Positions 9,308-20,229 of a stretch of DNA of 64,000 nt are shown one piece after another (position 1 is the first letter of the stretch; every line of letters begins with the position of its first letter). This DNA is from an uncultured virus (IMG/VR IMGVR_UViG_3300033075_001165). Taxonomy: Duplodnaviria > Heunggongvirae > Uroviricota > Caudoviricetes. Both the position numbers and the translations under genes were made by a program. The stretch lies in IMG/VR virus record IMGVR_UViG_3300033075_001165. One strand, written 5' to 3'. A model generated the notes under the pieces. It was not told the DNA's origin. It saw nothing but the letters and a program-made list of their open reading frames with translations, and searched no databases.

Positions 9308-11337
9308 ATTTCTTAAGAGACATTCCGTATAAAGGAAAGGGATTTTGTCCTAATCCTGTTGTAAAATTTGGTATTCCAAAATATGCTGATAGCAGATTAA
9401 ATAAAAAGGTTGTAGGTACGCCAGCTCACGATGAGTACTGGTCGGAACAATTGTATCGATGCCTTCATGGTTATAATACTGGTGGAATATTTATACCAGC
9501 TCGTTTTTATTATTACATGAATTTTAATTCAATGGCAACAATTAACGGTATAATTAACCCTGATTTTGTTGACTTACATTTAGAGCTTGCTTATTTAATT
9601 GATTATGCAAAAGCTAACGGTAAAAATATTCTTTGTGCTAAAAAACGTAGAGCTGGTATTTCTGAGGCAACACAAAAAATGGTTGTGGATTATGGATGGC
9701 GATTTAGTTTAAGTTATCAGGCTGGAATTGCCGCTGGTCAGGATATATATGCTCAGGATTTTATGAAAAAATGGCGCTCAGCCGATTCTTTAATTGTACC
9801 AGAATTTAGAACTAAGAAATTAGTTAATAATGATGATGAAGTAGTGGCTGGATATGAAATTAGAAATTCGGACGGCGCTAATGAAGAAGGAACAAAGAAT
9901 ACAATCTATGTACGTACTATGTTTAAAAATCCCAATTTGTTTAAAGGGTTATTTTTAAATGATATTATTGCAGAGGAAGCTGGAGAGTTTGAGAAGTTGA
10001 AAGAATTTTATGGTGCTTCTCTTGCGTGTTTGAAGGATGGTAATACACAGATAGGTACTTTTTTTGGATACGGTACTGGCGGTAATATTAATAAGGGTAG
10101 TAGAGATTTTAAAGAAATGTGGTACGAGCCAGACGCTTTTAATGCTATTAAATTTTTAATAACAGCAGGTAGGTTTCACAAACCTTATTACGGCGGATGT
10201 GGACTTGCAAAACCAATTATTCCTAATTTATTAAAAGCACATAAAGAATGGGAAGTTATAGGGAAAGAAGATACGCAGGCGGCTATTGATGCTATTAAAA
10301 AGGAGCGTGAGATTTTACTTAAAACTGGAGACAAGAAAGGATATTTAGATAGCTTACAAAACTACCCGTTAGAAGAAAAAGATATTTTTAGAAAGACTAC
10401 TGTTAATAATTTTGATACAGAGAAGTTAAACGAAGCTGAATATAGAATTTCAACTAATAATAAAAAGTATTCACGTTGGAAATTAGAATGGATTAAAGAT
10501 GCAAATGGTATGTTAAAAATGCCTATGCAAGTAACGGCTATTGCTGCTAAACCCGAAGATGATGCTGAGCAATGTGTTTATATTTTAGATACCGAACATC
10601 CAAGAAAAAATTATGCTAATTTATATGTGGCTGGACTTGACTCTTATGACCAAGATATAGCAAAAACATCTAAATCTTTAGGAGCAATGTGTGTTCTTAT
10701 TCGTAGCAATACTATTGAAAACGCTTTACAAAAAGCTCCAGTTGCCGTTATATGTACTCGTCCGCCTCGTAAAGAAATATTTTACGATATGTGTTTGAAG
10801 CTTTCCGTTTATTATAATTTAAGGAATAATGTATTGGTTGATGTTGCAAAACCTCAAATATTAAAGTATTTTGAGGATAGGGGGTGTCAAAATTATTTAG
10901 CATATAGACCAAAGAAATTTGAAAGTGAAAAAACTGAGCAATCCCATACGTTTGGATTAAGTTTAAATCTTTATTCTCGCCCTTTAATGGTTGGTTTAAT
11001 GGAGGCTGCGGTTTATTATAATTCTAAAGATATATGGTTTAATCATGTTGAAGAGTTGGAGAATGGAAGTAAAGTACAATGTGATTTAATTAACCAGTTA
11101 GGAAATTTTGATGAAGCTGAAGTTGGTTCAGATAATGACTTGGCGGATGCTTATGGTATAGCTTTGGTACAAGACGTTAGTTGTGAACAGTCCCCTCTTA
11201 ATGAAGACGATGTTAATCCTGACGAAATATTTAACCTTCATTCTGGTGTATTTGATGCTAATGGTGAGTATCATCATAACGCAGAAAGCTTATCGTTGAA
11301 AACAGATGAACAAGACAGTGACGTGTTTGGTATTTAG
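9304..11337 (+). CDS. terL: terminase large subunit
   Basis: Walker A-like KKRRAGIS, Walker B IIAEEAG, coupling motif GTGG, nuclease AGLDSYD and NDLADA; crAss-like type. Confidence 0.92.
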   Translation: MNFLRDIPYKGKGFCPNPVVKFGIPKYADSRLNKKVVGTPAHDEYWSEQLYRCLHGYNTGGIFIPARFYYYMNFNSMATINGIINPDFVDLHLELAYLIDYAKANGKNILCAKKRRAGISEATQKMVVDYGWRFSLSYQAGIAAGQDIYAQDFMKKWRSADSLIVPEFRTKKLVNNDDEVVAGYEIRNSDGANEEGTKNTIYVRTMFKNPNLFKGLFLNDIIAEEAGEFEKLKEFYGASLACLKDGNTQIGTFFGYGTGGNINKGSRDFKEMWYEPDAFNAIKFLITAGRFHKPYYGGCGLAKPIIPNLLKAHKEWEVIGKEDTQAAIDAIKKEREILLKTGDKKGYLDSLQNYPLEEKDIFRKTTVNNFDTEKLNEAEYRISTNNKKYSRWKLEWIKDANGMLKMPMQVTAIAAKPEDDAEQCVYILDTEHPRKNYANLYVAGLDSYDQDIAKTSKSLGAMCVLIRSNTIENALQKAPVAVICTRPPRKEIFYDMCLKLSVYYNLRNNVLVDVAKPQILKYFEDRGCQNYLAYRPKKFESEKTEQSHTFGLSLNLYSRPLMVGLMEAAVYYNSKDIWFNHVEELENGSKVQCDLINQLGNFDEAEVGSDNDLADAYGIALVQDVSCEQSPLNEDDVNPDEIFNLHSGVFDANGEYHHNAESLSLKTDEQDSDVFGI

Positions 11338-11378
11338 TTAGAAAAATTTTATTACTTTTATCCAAACTCAATAATACT

Positions 11379-13589
11379 ATGGCATATCAAAAGCTCCCAA
11401 ATATAGCGGTTTCAGAAAAGGACAAAACTCAAGAATGGGCTAAAGGATTTTTACTATACGCGCGATATTTATTAAGCACTTACGATTGGCGTAAGCAAGA
11501 AATGACTTCGCTTTATCAGTCTTATAATGGTGTAAAAACACAACAACATAATGATATATGGCAAAAGACTTATGGTAAAGCTAATAAAGCTAAATATATT
11601 GCTTATCGTGCGGGACAAACTAAAATTGATTTGCTATTAGGAGAGTGGTTAAAACGACCATTAGCGGCAACCGTTGAAACTATTAACATTGATGCTATTA
11701 GTGAAAAGATGCGTCAAATGGATTTTATGATGGGTGCTATGTTAGCAAAACCAGCTTTAGAGGATTTAAAAAATAAAGCTGGCGTTGATGTAATGGAAGG
11801 TGCTGAAATTCCTAACTCAGAAGACGACCCATTATGGGAGAAATATTCACCTAAAGATAAGTGTGAAGATATAATGCAACTCATTATAAATGAGCAGATT
11901 AAGGAGCTTGATTTGATTAGAAAATTCGGCGATAATTTCAAAGATATTTTAATTACAAGTTCTTGTTATGGTAAGTTAGAAATTAATGAGAATGGAGATG
12001 TTGATTATATTTGGATTGACCCTCGTGACGCTATATTTCAAGAGATTGAGAATGATTATTTCTTAGAAAAAAGTCCTATTAAAGGAGCGAGACAAAGATT
12101 GCCTATTTATGAAGTATTGAGACGTTGGGAATTTACGCCAGCCGAGAAACAAACTTTAGAGGAAATGCAAAACAACTGGGTTAATAGCTGGTCAACTAAT
12201 CGGTGGATGGGCGCTTTAAACAACAGAGAATTGCTTTTAGACGTTATTCATGTTGAGTGGAAGGCTATGAAGCCTAAATACTTTAAAGTAGCCCCTAAGA
12301 GCAAGAATAAGCTTGAGTGGGATGCTACAAATCCTGATGTTACTTTTGAAATAGATGCTAAGCAGTACGAGAACAATAAAGAAGCTTTTGATAAAGATGT
12401 AGAGGCTGGCAAATATAATGTAGAAACAAAGTGGGAGGAAGATTTATGGGAAGGCACTATGATTGGTGGGGTAATATTTAAAAATATGCGCCGTAAACCA
12501 TTCCAAATGCGTAGACATGATGCTCCCGCTTATATATTGGACAGTTCTTATATGGGAATTAATTTTGGAACAACTGACGGGTTAAGAATTTCCATGCAAA
12601 AGAGATTAGAAAATTTCGATAACATATTTGATATTATTATGTATCAAATATTGAAGGAATTAGCTAAGATGAAGGGTAAAGTAATGATGTATGACAGGGC
12701 AGCGTTGCCGAAAAAGCGTACATTAAAAGATATAGCTTACGATATGACTAACGATAGTTTTATTGACGTTGATAGTTCGGCGGCTGGAAATTTCGGTAAT
12801 CGTAATTTGTCGGGGATGGAATTGTTTAAAGAATTTGATTTAGGATTAAGTCAATCAGTACAACAATTATTAATTCTTAAAGACCAAATTTTAGCCACAA
12901 TGGATAGGCTTACTGGTATTAATGAAACAAGAGAGGGTAACATTCAAGCTTCTGCTACGGTTACAAACTCACAACAAGCTATAGAAAATTCAAGAACGCA
13001 AACAGCTTCCATGTATTATGCAATGGAATTGTTTACTGAGCACGTTTTAACACGGGTTGCAGAGGCTACTAAAGTGAGTTATGCTTTTTACAAACAAGAT
13101 AAAGGTGAACAAATACTTGGTAGTGATAAATTTAAATACATGCAAGTAACGCAAGATATTGGATTTAGAGATTATGGGGTTCACGTTCAAAGTGGCGGAC
13201 GTTATAATGAGATAAAGCAACGTATGCGCGGGTTATTAGAGTTTTCATTAAATTCTAAACAAATTGAACCTTTAGATGTATTGAAATTTGAATTATCTGA
13301 AACGTTTGTAGAGGCTAAACAAGTATTTGAAGATGCTTATATAAGAGTACAAGAAATAGCAGCTAAACAACAAGCGGCAGATGCTCAAACACAACAAGCT
13401 ATGCAACAACAACAATTACAAGCTCAGCAACAAATGCAAGCGGAACAATTGTCTAATACTGAGAAATTAATGTTAGATAAAATTGAAGCTGAAACAGAAG
13501 GGCAAATTGCTATAGATGATAATAAGTCAAAGAATAAAATGTTTAATGACCAGCATCAGGCTGAAAATAAATTTTTGTCAGGACAATAA
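11379..13589 (+). CDS. portal protein
   Basis: 736 aa after TerL; 'LTGINETREGNIQASATVTN' and Gln-rich coiled-coil barrel typical of podoviral/crAss portals. Confidence 0.88.
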   Translation: MAYQKLPNIAVSEKDKTQEWAKGFLLYARYLLSTYDWRKQEMTSLYQSYNGVKTQQHNDIWQKTYGKANKAKYIAYRAGQTKIDLLLGEWLKRPLAATVETINIDAISEKMRQMDFMMGAMLAKPALEDLKNKAGVDVMEGAEIPNSEDDPLWEKYSPKDKCEDIMQLIINEQIKELDLIRKFGDNFKDILITSSCYGKLEINENGDVDYIWIDPRDAIFQEIENDYFLEKSPIKGARQRLPIYEVLRRWEFTPAEKQTLEEMQNNWVNSWSTNRWMGALNNRELLLDVIHVEWKAMKPKYFKVAPKSKNKLEWDATNPDVTFEIDAKQYENNKEAFDKDVEAGKYNVETKWEEDLWEGTMIGGVIFKNMRRKPFQMRRHDAPAYILDSSYMGINFGTTDGLRISMQKRLENFDNIFDIIMYQILKELAKMKGKVMMYDRAALPKKRTLKDIAYDMTNDSFIDVDSSAAGNFGNRNLSGMELFKEFDLGLSQSVQQLLILKDQILATMDRLTGINETREGNIQASATVTNSQQAIENSRTQTASMYYAMELFTEHVLTRVAEATKVSYAFYKQDKGEQILGSDKFKYMQVTQDIGFRDYGVHVQSGGRYNEIKQRMRGLLEFSLNSKQIEPLDVLKFELSETFVEAKQVFEDAYIRVQEIAAKQQAADAQTQQAMQQQQLQAQQQMQAEQLSNTEKLMLDKIEAETEGQIAIDDNKSKNKMFNDQHQAENKFLSGQ

Positions 13590-13626
13590 ATCTTAATATA
13601 TTTACAATCAAATTAATACATAAAAG

Positions 13627-14898
13627 ATGCCAGAAAATACAGAAATAGGAGTAGTAGAGCAACGAGAGGTTGCCACCACGCCTGCTGAAGTAAAGAATGA
13701 CGTGTTTTCTATTTTAGAAACAGAGCCAACTTTTCAATCAGACAACAAAGGCAGCACTGCCGAAGTAACAAAAACGCCAGAAGAAATTGCGGAATCAAAA
13801 GCTGCTGAAACAACAGCCCAAACCGAAACTTCTGCTCAATTAGTTGAAAAAGCTAAGGAATTAGGATTACCTGAAACCGCAACGGCGGATGATATTAAAG
13901 TAGCTGAAGCAAAAATTGCCGATGAATTAAAGACTAAGGCTGTAGAATTAGGATTACCTGAGACTGCAACTAAAGATGAAATTGCGGCAGCTGAATTAGC
14001 TAAAACAGAAACAGAAGGTTTTGTTAGTAAAAGCGAAGTAGAAACAGGGATTTTAGGTGCTGAAGATGGCACTTGGAAAGCTTTAATGTTAGCTGAAGGT
14101 TTAGAAGTTCCAGCTGATTACGATGAAGAAAAGGGGTTTGAAATTTATAAACAAGCCGAAAGCGCTAAATGGCAATCTGAAATAGAAAAAGCTAAAGCTG
14201 AAGCTCAAGAATCTGTTTTATCGACATTGAAGCCTGAATTAAGGGCAGCTATTGAATTAGCAAATTCTATTCCTGATATGACAATTGAGCAAGTTTTATC
14301 GCCGACTCTTGAAATAGATAATTTATTAAAATTAGATAAAGAATCTTTAGTAAGAGAAGAAGTTAAAGCTAATTTCCCTCAAATGACCGAGGAAATGGTT
14401 GATATTAAAATGCAAGAATATAAAGACGCTGGTACTATTGACACGCGTTATGATATGGTAAAGTTGCAGTTAGAAACAAACAAAAAACAAATACAAGATT
14501 TTCATAATCAGAAAATACAAGAATATCAGGCGAAACAACAACAATCTAAAATTGAGGCTGTTCGTAATTTTAATGCTCAAACAAGTAAGGCGCTGGACGG
14601 GGTTCAGACGTTTTTGGACAAAAAAATTACGGACATTGACCGACAATTTCTCCGCAACAAGATTGATAACGGAGCGATAGATAAGTTGAGGAATGACCCT
14701 GTACAGCTCGCAAGAGCAATAGCTATGTTGGAGTTTTACGACAAAGGAATAACAGGATACGAGAACAGGGTTCGAGAAAAAGTCCTATTAGACCATAAGA
14801 AAAGCTTACATAACACGCCTGTTACACCTACAACTGGAGGCGGACAACCAGTAGTGGCAAAACAACCGATAAAATCAGGATTTGACATTTTAGATTAA
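13627..14898 (+). CDS. putative scaffolding / head assembly protein
   Basis: acidic, helical; between portal and capsid; internal repeat KA(K/V)ELGLPETAT. Confidence 0.6.
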   Translation: MPENTEIGVVEQREVATTPAEVKNDVFSILETEPTFQSDNKGSTAEVTKTPEEIAESKAAETTAQTETSAQLVEKAKELGLPETATADDIKVAEAKIADELKTKAVELGLPETATKDEIAAAELAKTETEGFVSKSEVETGILGAEDGTWKALMLAEGLEVPADYDEEKGFEIYKQAESAKWQSEIEKAKAEAQESVLSTLKPELRAAIELANSIPDMTIEQVLSPTLEIDNLLKLDKESLVREEVKANFPQMTEEMVDIKMQEYKDAGTIDTRYDMVKLQLETNKKQIQDFHNQKIQEYQAKQQQSKIEAVRNFNAQTSKALDGVQTFLDKKITDIDRQFLRNKIDNGAIDKLRNDPVQLARAIAMLEFYDKGITGYENRVREKVLLDHKKSLHNTPVTPTTGGGQPVVAKQPIKSGFDILD

Positions 14899-14948
14899 AA
14901 GGCTTTTGAGGGTAAAAAAATTAACTTAAACCTCAAAAACTAAAAATT

Positions 14949-16442
14949 ATGGCATTTAATGGTCAAATAAGTATAGTTCAAGGTACATTTTCGACATCGA
15001 CTTGTACAGATGAAAATGACTTAATCAGAAATCAAGCTCTAAAACCAGCTATCCGCGACATTTTAGAGTTCAAAAACAAGCGTTCTATTATGACGCTATT
15101 AACTGACGGAGCTGTTACCCCTTATGGTATCAATCCTGATGTTCCAATGAAGAAAAAACTTGTAGAAAGTACAGGTAAACTTATTGGTAATAAAGCATAT
15201 CGTTTTGACGTAATTGGACGTATCGAAACAAGTGCTGTGATTTTATCACAAATTGGTGCTTCTGCAACTGGCGGTTCATTCCAACTTTTAATGAAAGACC
15301 AATACCTTTACGAAGGTGCAATCGTAGTATTTAACTCACGTTTACAAGCTCGTGTAATGGATAATGGTACAGGTAGTCCAACTTCTGGATTTATCTATAC
15401 ATTCCAAACTGTTGATGGAACTACTTTCAGCTGGACTACTGACGTTGCTGGTCAATCAGGTGTTTACACTTGTATGATGAATAACTCAGCTTACGGTGAG
15501 GGTTCATTACGTGGTTATATGCGCGATAAAAAACCTGATGTGTTTGTTAACCATACAACTATTCAGCGTAAAACAGCGGCTATTACTGGTTCTGCGGATT
15601 CTGACGTACTTTGGTATGAATTTTCTAATGAAAAAGGAATGGCTCGTGGTTGGATGTACGCTAAAGTACAACAATTAAAAGCTCAAATGTCTATTGAAGA
15701 TGAGCGTAACAAATTATTTGGTGTTTCTTCTATGAAGAACTCTGATGGTTCATTACGTACTATTTCTGCTTTAGGTAATGATTTAGAAACTGGATTACCA
15801 ATTATTACTGGTGATGGTTTTGAACAACAAGTTAATGGTAATAATATCTTATTTGGTTCAGGTTCTGATGGAAATCCGACTGCCGATGACTTTGAAGATA
15901 TTATGCAAACTATGCAACTTGATTCAAACCAAGTTGATGAAATTGAATGGTATGCTATCATGGGTACAGCTGCTTATGCCAACTTACAACGTGTTGCGCC
16001 AACAATTTCTGGAAATCAAGGTACACAATTGTTCCAAAACGTGGCTCAATCTGACCAAGCTGGCGGAGCAAAAGTTGCTACAGGATTTAACTTTATGCGT
16101 TTAAATATTAACGGTAACAGCGTAATGGCTATCAAACATACAGCGTTTGACGATTCACGTATGTTTACTGATTTAGATGCTCAAGGTAATCCAAATATGT
16201 CAAGTACTATTTTCTTCATTGGTATGACTAAAGCTGGTTACGGTGACAGTCCTACAATGGAAATCCTTTCTAAAGGAGCTAATGGTGTTAACCGTAAAAT
16301 GATTGATGCTGATTATATCGGTTTAACTGGTAAATCAGGATTTGTTCAATCAGAGGTTGATGCTAACAAATACGCTTGTTTAAAAGAAGATATGTTAGTT
16401 GTTTACAACACTTCATTGTGTGGTATCATCTACAAATCGTAG
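14949..16442 (+). CDS. major capsid protein
   Basis: 497 aa, strong codon bias, position after the scaffold, crAss-like size, followed by a terminator. Confidence 0.85.
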   Translation: MAFNGQISIVQGTFSTSTCTDENDLIRNQALKPAIRDILEFKNKRSIMTLLTDGAVTPYGINPDVPMKKKLVESTGKLIGNKAYRFDVIGRIETSAVILSQIGASATGGSFQLLMKDQYLYEGAIVVFNSRLQARVMDNGTGSPTSGFIYTFQTVDGTTFSWTTDVAGQSGVYTCMMNNSAYGEGSLRGYMRDKKPDVFVNHTTIQRKTAAITGSADSDVLWYEFSNEKGMARGWMYAKVQQLKAQMSIEDERNKLFGVSSMKNSDGSLRTISALGNDLETGLPIITGDGFEQQVNGNNILFGSGSDGNPTADDFEDIMQTMQLDSNQVDEIEWYAIMGTAAYANLQRVAPTISGNQGTQLFQNVAQSDQAGGAKVATGFNFMRLNINGNSVMAIKHTAFDDSRMFTDLDAQGNPNMSSTIFFIGMTKAGYGDSPTMEILSKGANGVNRKMIDADYIGLTGKSGFVQSEVDANKYACLKEDMLVVYNTSLCGIIYKS

Positions 16443-16453
16443 TAAATAAACTT

Positions 16454-16485
16454 AAAGGGGGAAATTAATTAAAGTACCCCTTTTT
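16454..16485 (+). terminator. probable intrinsic terminator
   Basis: AAAGGGG...CCCCTTTTT after the capsid gene. Confidence 0.55.
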
Positions 16486-16524
16486 ATTGATAATTAAAAA
16501 GAGCGAGAGGCTCACTTATAAAAA

Positions 16525-17616
16525 ATGGAAAATAAACAACAAAATATTGATACAACATCGGAGTATGTTTTAATCAAAGACGGTAACGGGATGGAAATTA
16601 AACATATTAATTTCAACAACCCAAATATTTGCCCTAGACAGGGTATAATAGAAATTGAGGCAATGAAAAAAGTTGACTCAGAGCGTTCGGTATCTAACAA
16701 CGCATCATTCGCAAAATTTGAAGATAAAAGAACTGGTATTGTTTGGGGTATTCCTATGACAATTCATAATTTTAGTAAGCAAATTACTTACAAGCGTATG
16801 AAATTAGGAAATAATGTATTCTTTGATAGAACTATTCCTGAGCAAGCTGAAATGTGCTGTGTGTTATTAAAAGCGCTTGAGCTTGGTAAATTTAAAGACA
16901 CTAATGGTCGTCCGCGATTTAAAGTGCGCGATAAAGAAAAAGACGCTATGAAAGAAATCGATTTACGTACATGGAAGCGTAAGGCGGCGGATATTATTGA
17001 TTCAATTCCTTATGGAGATGAACTAAAAGACATTGCTCGTAATATGGGTATAAATCCTGATATTTTTTCTCCACTTGTATTAGCTAACGAAGTTTCTAAG
17101 GCTGTTGAGTTAAAACCAAAAGAGTTTTTGGATATGTATAACAGTCCAACAAGAGCGTTTTTATCAATTTTAACTAATGCACAAAGCATGGGTATTATTG
17201 AATTTAATCCAATGGAAGGTTATAAATATAGCGGAATGATACTTGGTAAAACTTCTGATTTAGCTGTTACTTATTTAAGTAAGCACCCTGATTTAGCTCA
17301 ATCAATTGCTACATTTACTGCTGATAAAAGGACTAAAGGCAAAGAAGCTTCTATTCCAGTAGTTAAATTGCCAACGGCGGTTGACCCTGAAAAAGAGGAG
17401 TTGTTAAGACAATTAGCTGAAATGAAAGCAAAATTAGCTGATAAAAACTTATCAACACCAACTGTTGAAAAAATAGCATCAGAAGGTGATTTAGAAGCTT
17501 TAAGAGCTGAAGCAAAAGCTTTAGGGGTTTCTGGGTGGCAAGTTAAAAAAATATCTTATGCTACATTAAAAGCTAAGGTAGATGCAAAAAAGCAAGCTGA
17601 TTTACAAGCCGTATAA
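16525..17616 (+). CDS. conserved post-capsid protein of crAss-like phages
   Basis: synteny after the capsid gene; C-terminal small helical domain 'LEALRAEAKALGV'. Confidence 0.6.
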   Translation: MENKQQNIDTTSEYVLIKDGNGMEIKHINFNNPNICPRQGIIEIEAMKKVDSERSVSNNASFAKFEDKRTGIVWGIPMTIHNFSKQITYKRMKLGNNVFFDRTIPEQAEMCCVLLKALELGKFKDTNGRPRFKVRDKEKDAMKEIDLRTWKRKAADIIDSIPYGDELKDIARNMGINPDIFSPLVLANEVSKAVELKPKEFLDMYNSPTRAFLSILTNAQSMGIIEFNPMEGYKYSGMILGKTSDLAVTYLSKHPDLAQSIATFTADKRTKGKEASIPVVKLPTAVDPEKEELLRQLAEMKAKLADKNLSTPTVEKIASEGDLEALRAEAKALGVSGWQVKKISYATLKAKVDAKKQADLQAV

Positions 17617-17644
17617 GCTTAACAACATCTTAAATACTAAATTT

Positions 17645-17671
17645 AAAGGGCGGATAATTACCGCCTTTTTT
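17645..17671 (+). terminator. intrinsic terminator
   Basis: GGCGG-ataatta-CCGCC followed by T6. Confidence 0.75.
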
Positions 17672-17699
17672 ATTTATCTTTACCTCAAAACATTAACTA

Positions 17700-18479
17700 A
17701 TGAATCCAATTGCAGCAAAGGAACGCGTTGATTCTTACCTTGACAGGTCAAGAACATCACGATTTACATTTCAACAATACAATATAACTTTTGTTATGGT
17801 GCAAAAGAAAATTGTAGAATTTTTTAAAGACAATGTTGATGAAGTGAGAAAATATTTATACACTCTTAAAAAAGACTCTACTCCAGCCGTAACAACATTA
17901 CAAACTACCGCTAACTATATTGTTAGTCATATAGATTATCCTACTGATTATTATTATTTTCAAGTGATGAATGTATTTGTAGATAATGTATTAGCCGAAG
18001 TAACACCTACGGATGACGGTCAATTAAATAGACAGTTGCAAAATACCTACACCGCGCCTACAAATAAATACATATATCAAAGAGAAGATGCTACTGGATG
18101 GAAGGTTTATAGAGGCACTACGGGAACTCCAACTTGCGAATTAACTTACATTAAAACGCCGTCTAATTTTTATATGGGAAATGAAAGTGATTTGATTGAG
18201 GAAGGAACTGGCGTTTTAACTGCTTTTACAAGTTATACGGCGGTTGAGGAAACTATTTATAACGGAGTTACATATAATCCAGCGGATACATTTACAACTA
18301 CCTCTGTTACTAATTTAACAAGTGGTCAGGTTATTTTAACGTCTATTTTGGTAGATAGTAATTTGCCAGAGCAAGTACAAGAAAAAATGTGTTGGGTAGT
18401 AGCTCAGATATTAAGTGGAAATATTAGTGATTTTAACAAGGCTATGTTTGTTGAAAAAGAAGTTAATAAAGTTAATTAA
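17700..18479 (+). CDS. putative head-tail adaptor / ring protein
   Basis: 'ELTYIKTP...LPEQVQEKMCWVVAQI' resembles adaptor proteins; synteny. Confidence 0.6.
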   Translation: MNPIAAKERVDSYLDRSRTSRFTFQQYNITFVMVQKKIVEFFKDNVDEVRKYLYTLKKDSTPAVTTLQTTANYIVSHIDYPTDYYYFQVMNVFVDNVLAEVTPTDDGQLNRQLQNTYTAPTNKYIYQREDATGWKVYRGTTGTPTCELTYIKTPSNFYMGNESDLIEEGTGVLTAFTSYTAVEETIYNGVTYNPADTFTTTSVTNLTSGQVILTSILVDSNLPEQVQEKMCWVVAQILSGNISDFNKAMFVEKEVNKVN

Positions 18480-18544
18480 GCAATGCTAAGGCGTTGCTAA
18501 TTAGTGTATATTTGAGTCATATTAACAATTAAAAACATAAAATT

Positions 18545-20152
18545 ATGTCAAGAACAAAAAATGAAGCAGTATTATTACGCACGTCCGCAGCGACTGATGT
18601 AATATGCAGTGGTGGGTACATCGCCATAGCTGGTTTGACTCCGACATGGAAGAAATTAGTTTCTTCTATTAAACAAGTTAAATATCGAGCTGAAGTTGTA
18701 CAAGTAATTAGCGTAGGTACAGTTGACACGGCTTGGACGCCTGTTGGTTCAACTACTTATGGAGTATTAATCGGTGATGTAACTCGTCAAGTAGCTGGAG
18801 CACAAGCTCAGTTAAAGCGTTACACTTATACCACTACCGCTTCTTTAGCTGTAGAAGGCACAACAGCAGCTTTGAGACGCGAATACATCAATGCTAAAAT
18901 CGTTACAGCTATTAATGCTGACCTTACAAATTATGTATTGGCAGCAAGCTTAGGTTCTGGTAACGGATTTACTATTACTGATGATGCTGGATATTACCCA
19001 GTTTATCAACAAGGTGGAACTAACCGTAATGGTGCTTCTACTGTACAAATTTGGGAAAATACAGATGGTTCAGGTTATGCACTAAACAATATCACTACTA
19101 CTACTGCGGCTGTTTATGCTCAAGGTGTTGGTGCTGATTTAGCGTTAACTAAACCAGTAATGGATTTCATGTATGGCAATTTAATTTCAGGTGATTTAAT
19201 TTTCCCTGCATTAACTGCCGCTGGATTACCAGCTATCTCTGGTCAAAAATATGACGCATTCGTTGTTACATCTTACAATTTAGTTGCGGCTCATAACCAA
19301 ACTGGTCAATTAGCATTACTTCCAAAAACTCAAATTATTTGGGTAGATAATGGAACTGGTTCTGATACGGCTAATGCTTCTGGATTTGCTACATTTGAGA
19401 ACGCAATGTTAAATACATTAGTTCAAGTTTATTCAAGCGACCCTTCTGCTATTACATTTATGAACAATAACGCTCCAACTTGTGGAGGCTTAAATACTGG
19501 TTTACCTTCTGGTGTTTCTTTAGCTGAAAACGTTATTAATTTCGGTAATGGTAATGCAACACACTACTATCCATTAGGAACTGCTACATTAGTTGCTTTG
19601 GCAGCTGATACAAATGGTATTGGCGTTGTGTTAGATGCTACCGCTGGCGAAGGTGTTGAATTATCAGCTCCTACATTTACTAATTCACAAAAATCATTTG
19701 TAGTTGGTAAATCTACAGCAAGTGTTTACGCTAAGATTTATTTAGATGATGCTTCTGGGGTTAATCCTATGTTAGTTGGTTTCCGTAAAAAAGCGGCTGC
19801 TAATGCTACATATACATCATACACTGATTATGCTTTTGTAGGAATTATTGGTACTGCTAATCCAAACACTATTTATACTTCAACAGAAATTAATAGTGCT
19901 GGTAATACTAACGTAGATACTACTCAAACTTGGGCTGACGGTGTAACAAAAACTTTAGAAGTTCGCGTTGATATTGCTGGTGCAGTAACTTTCTATATTG
20001 ATGGTTACAAACCAACAGTAACACAAGCTATTACTTTTGATGCTGGTGATGAAATGATTCCTGTATTCTGTTATGCTTTACAATCGGCGGATATTGGAAC
20101 TCCATCTATCTCTCAAGGTATCTTCGTTCAAGATAACAAATGGAGAAGCTAA
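18545..20152 (+). CDS. abundant structural protein (auxiliary capsid/decoration-like)
   Basis: 535 aa, capsid-like codon bias, own TATATTTG box (18507-18514) and terminator. Confidence 0.6.
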   Translation: MSRTKNEAVLLRTSAATDVICSGGYIAIAGLTPTWKKLVSSIKQVKYRAEVVQVISVGTVDTAWTPVGSTTYGVLIGDVTRQVAGAQAQLKRYTYTTTASLAVEGTTAALRREYINAKIVTAINADLTNYVLAASLGSGNGFTITDDAGYYPVYQQGGTNRNGASTVQIWENTDGSGYALNNITTTTAAVYAQGVGADLALTKPVMDFMYGNLISGDLIFPALTAAGLPAISGQKYDAFVVTSYNLVAAHNQTGQLALLPKTQIIWVDNGTGSDTANASGFATFENAMLNTLVQVYSSDPSAITFMNNNAPTCGGLNTGLPSGVSLAENVINFGNGNATHYYPLGTATLVALAADTNGIGVVLDATAGEGVELSAPTFTNSQKSFVVGKSTASVYAKIYLDDASGVNPMLVGFRKKAAANATYTSYTDYAFVGIIGTANPNTIYTSTEINSAGNTNVDTTQTWADGVTKTLEVRVDIAGAVTFYIDGYKPTVTQAITFDAGDEMIPVFCYALQSADIGTPSISQGIFVQDNKWRS

Positions 20153-20176
20153 TAATTAAATAAATTAAACAACCTT

Positions 20177-20213
20177 AAAAAGGGGTGGGTAAAAAATCGC
20201 TCATCCCTTTTTT
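20177..20213 (+). terminator. probable intrinsic terminator
   Basis: GGGGTGGG...CTCATCCC followed by T6. Confidence 0.6.
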
Positions 20214-20229
20214 GTAAAAACATAAAATT

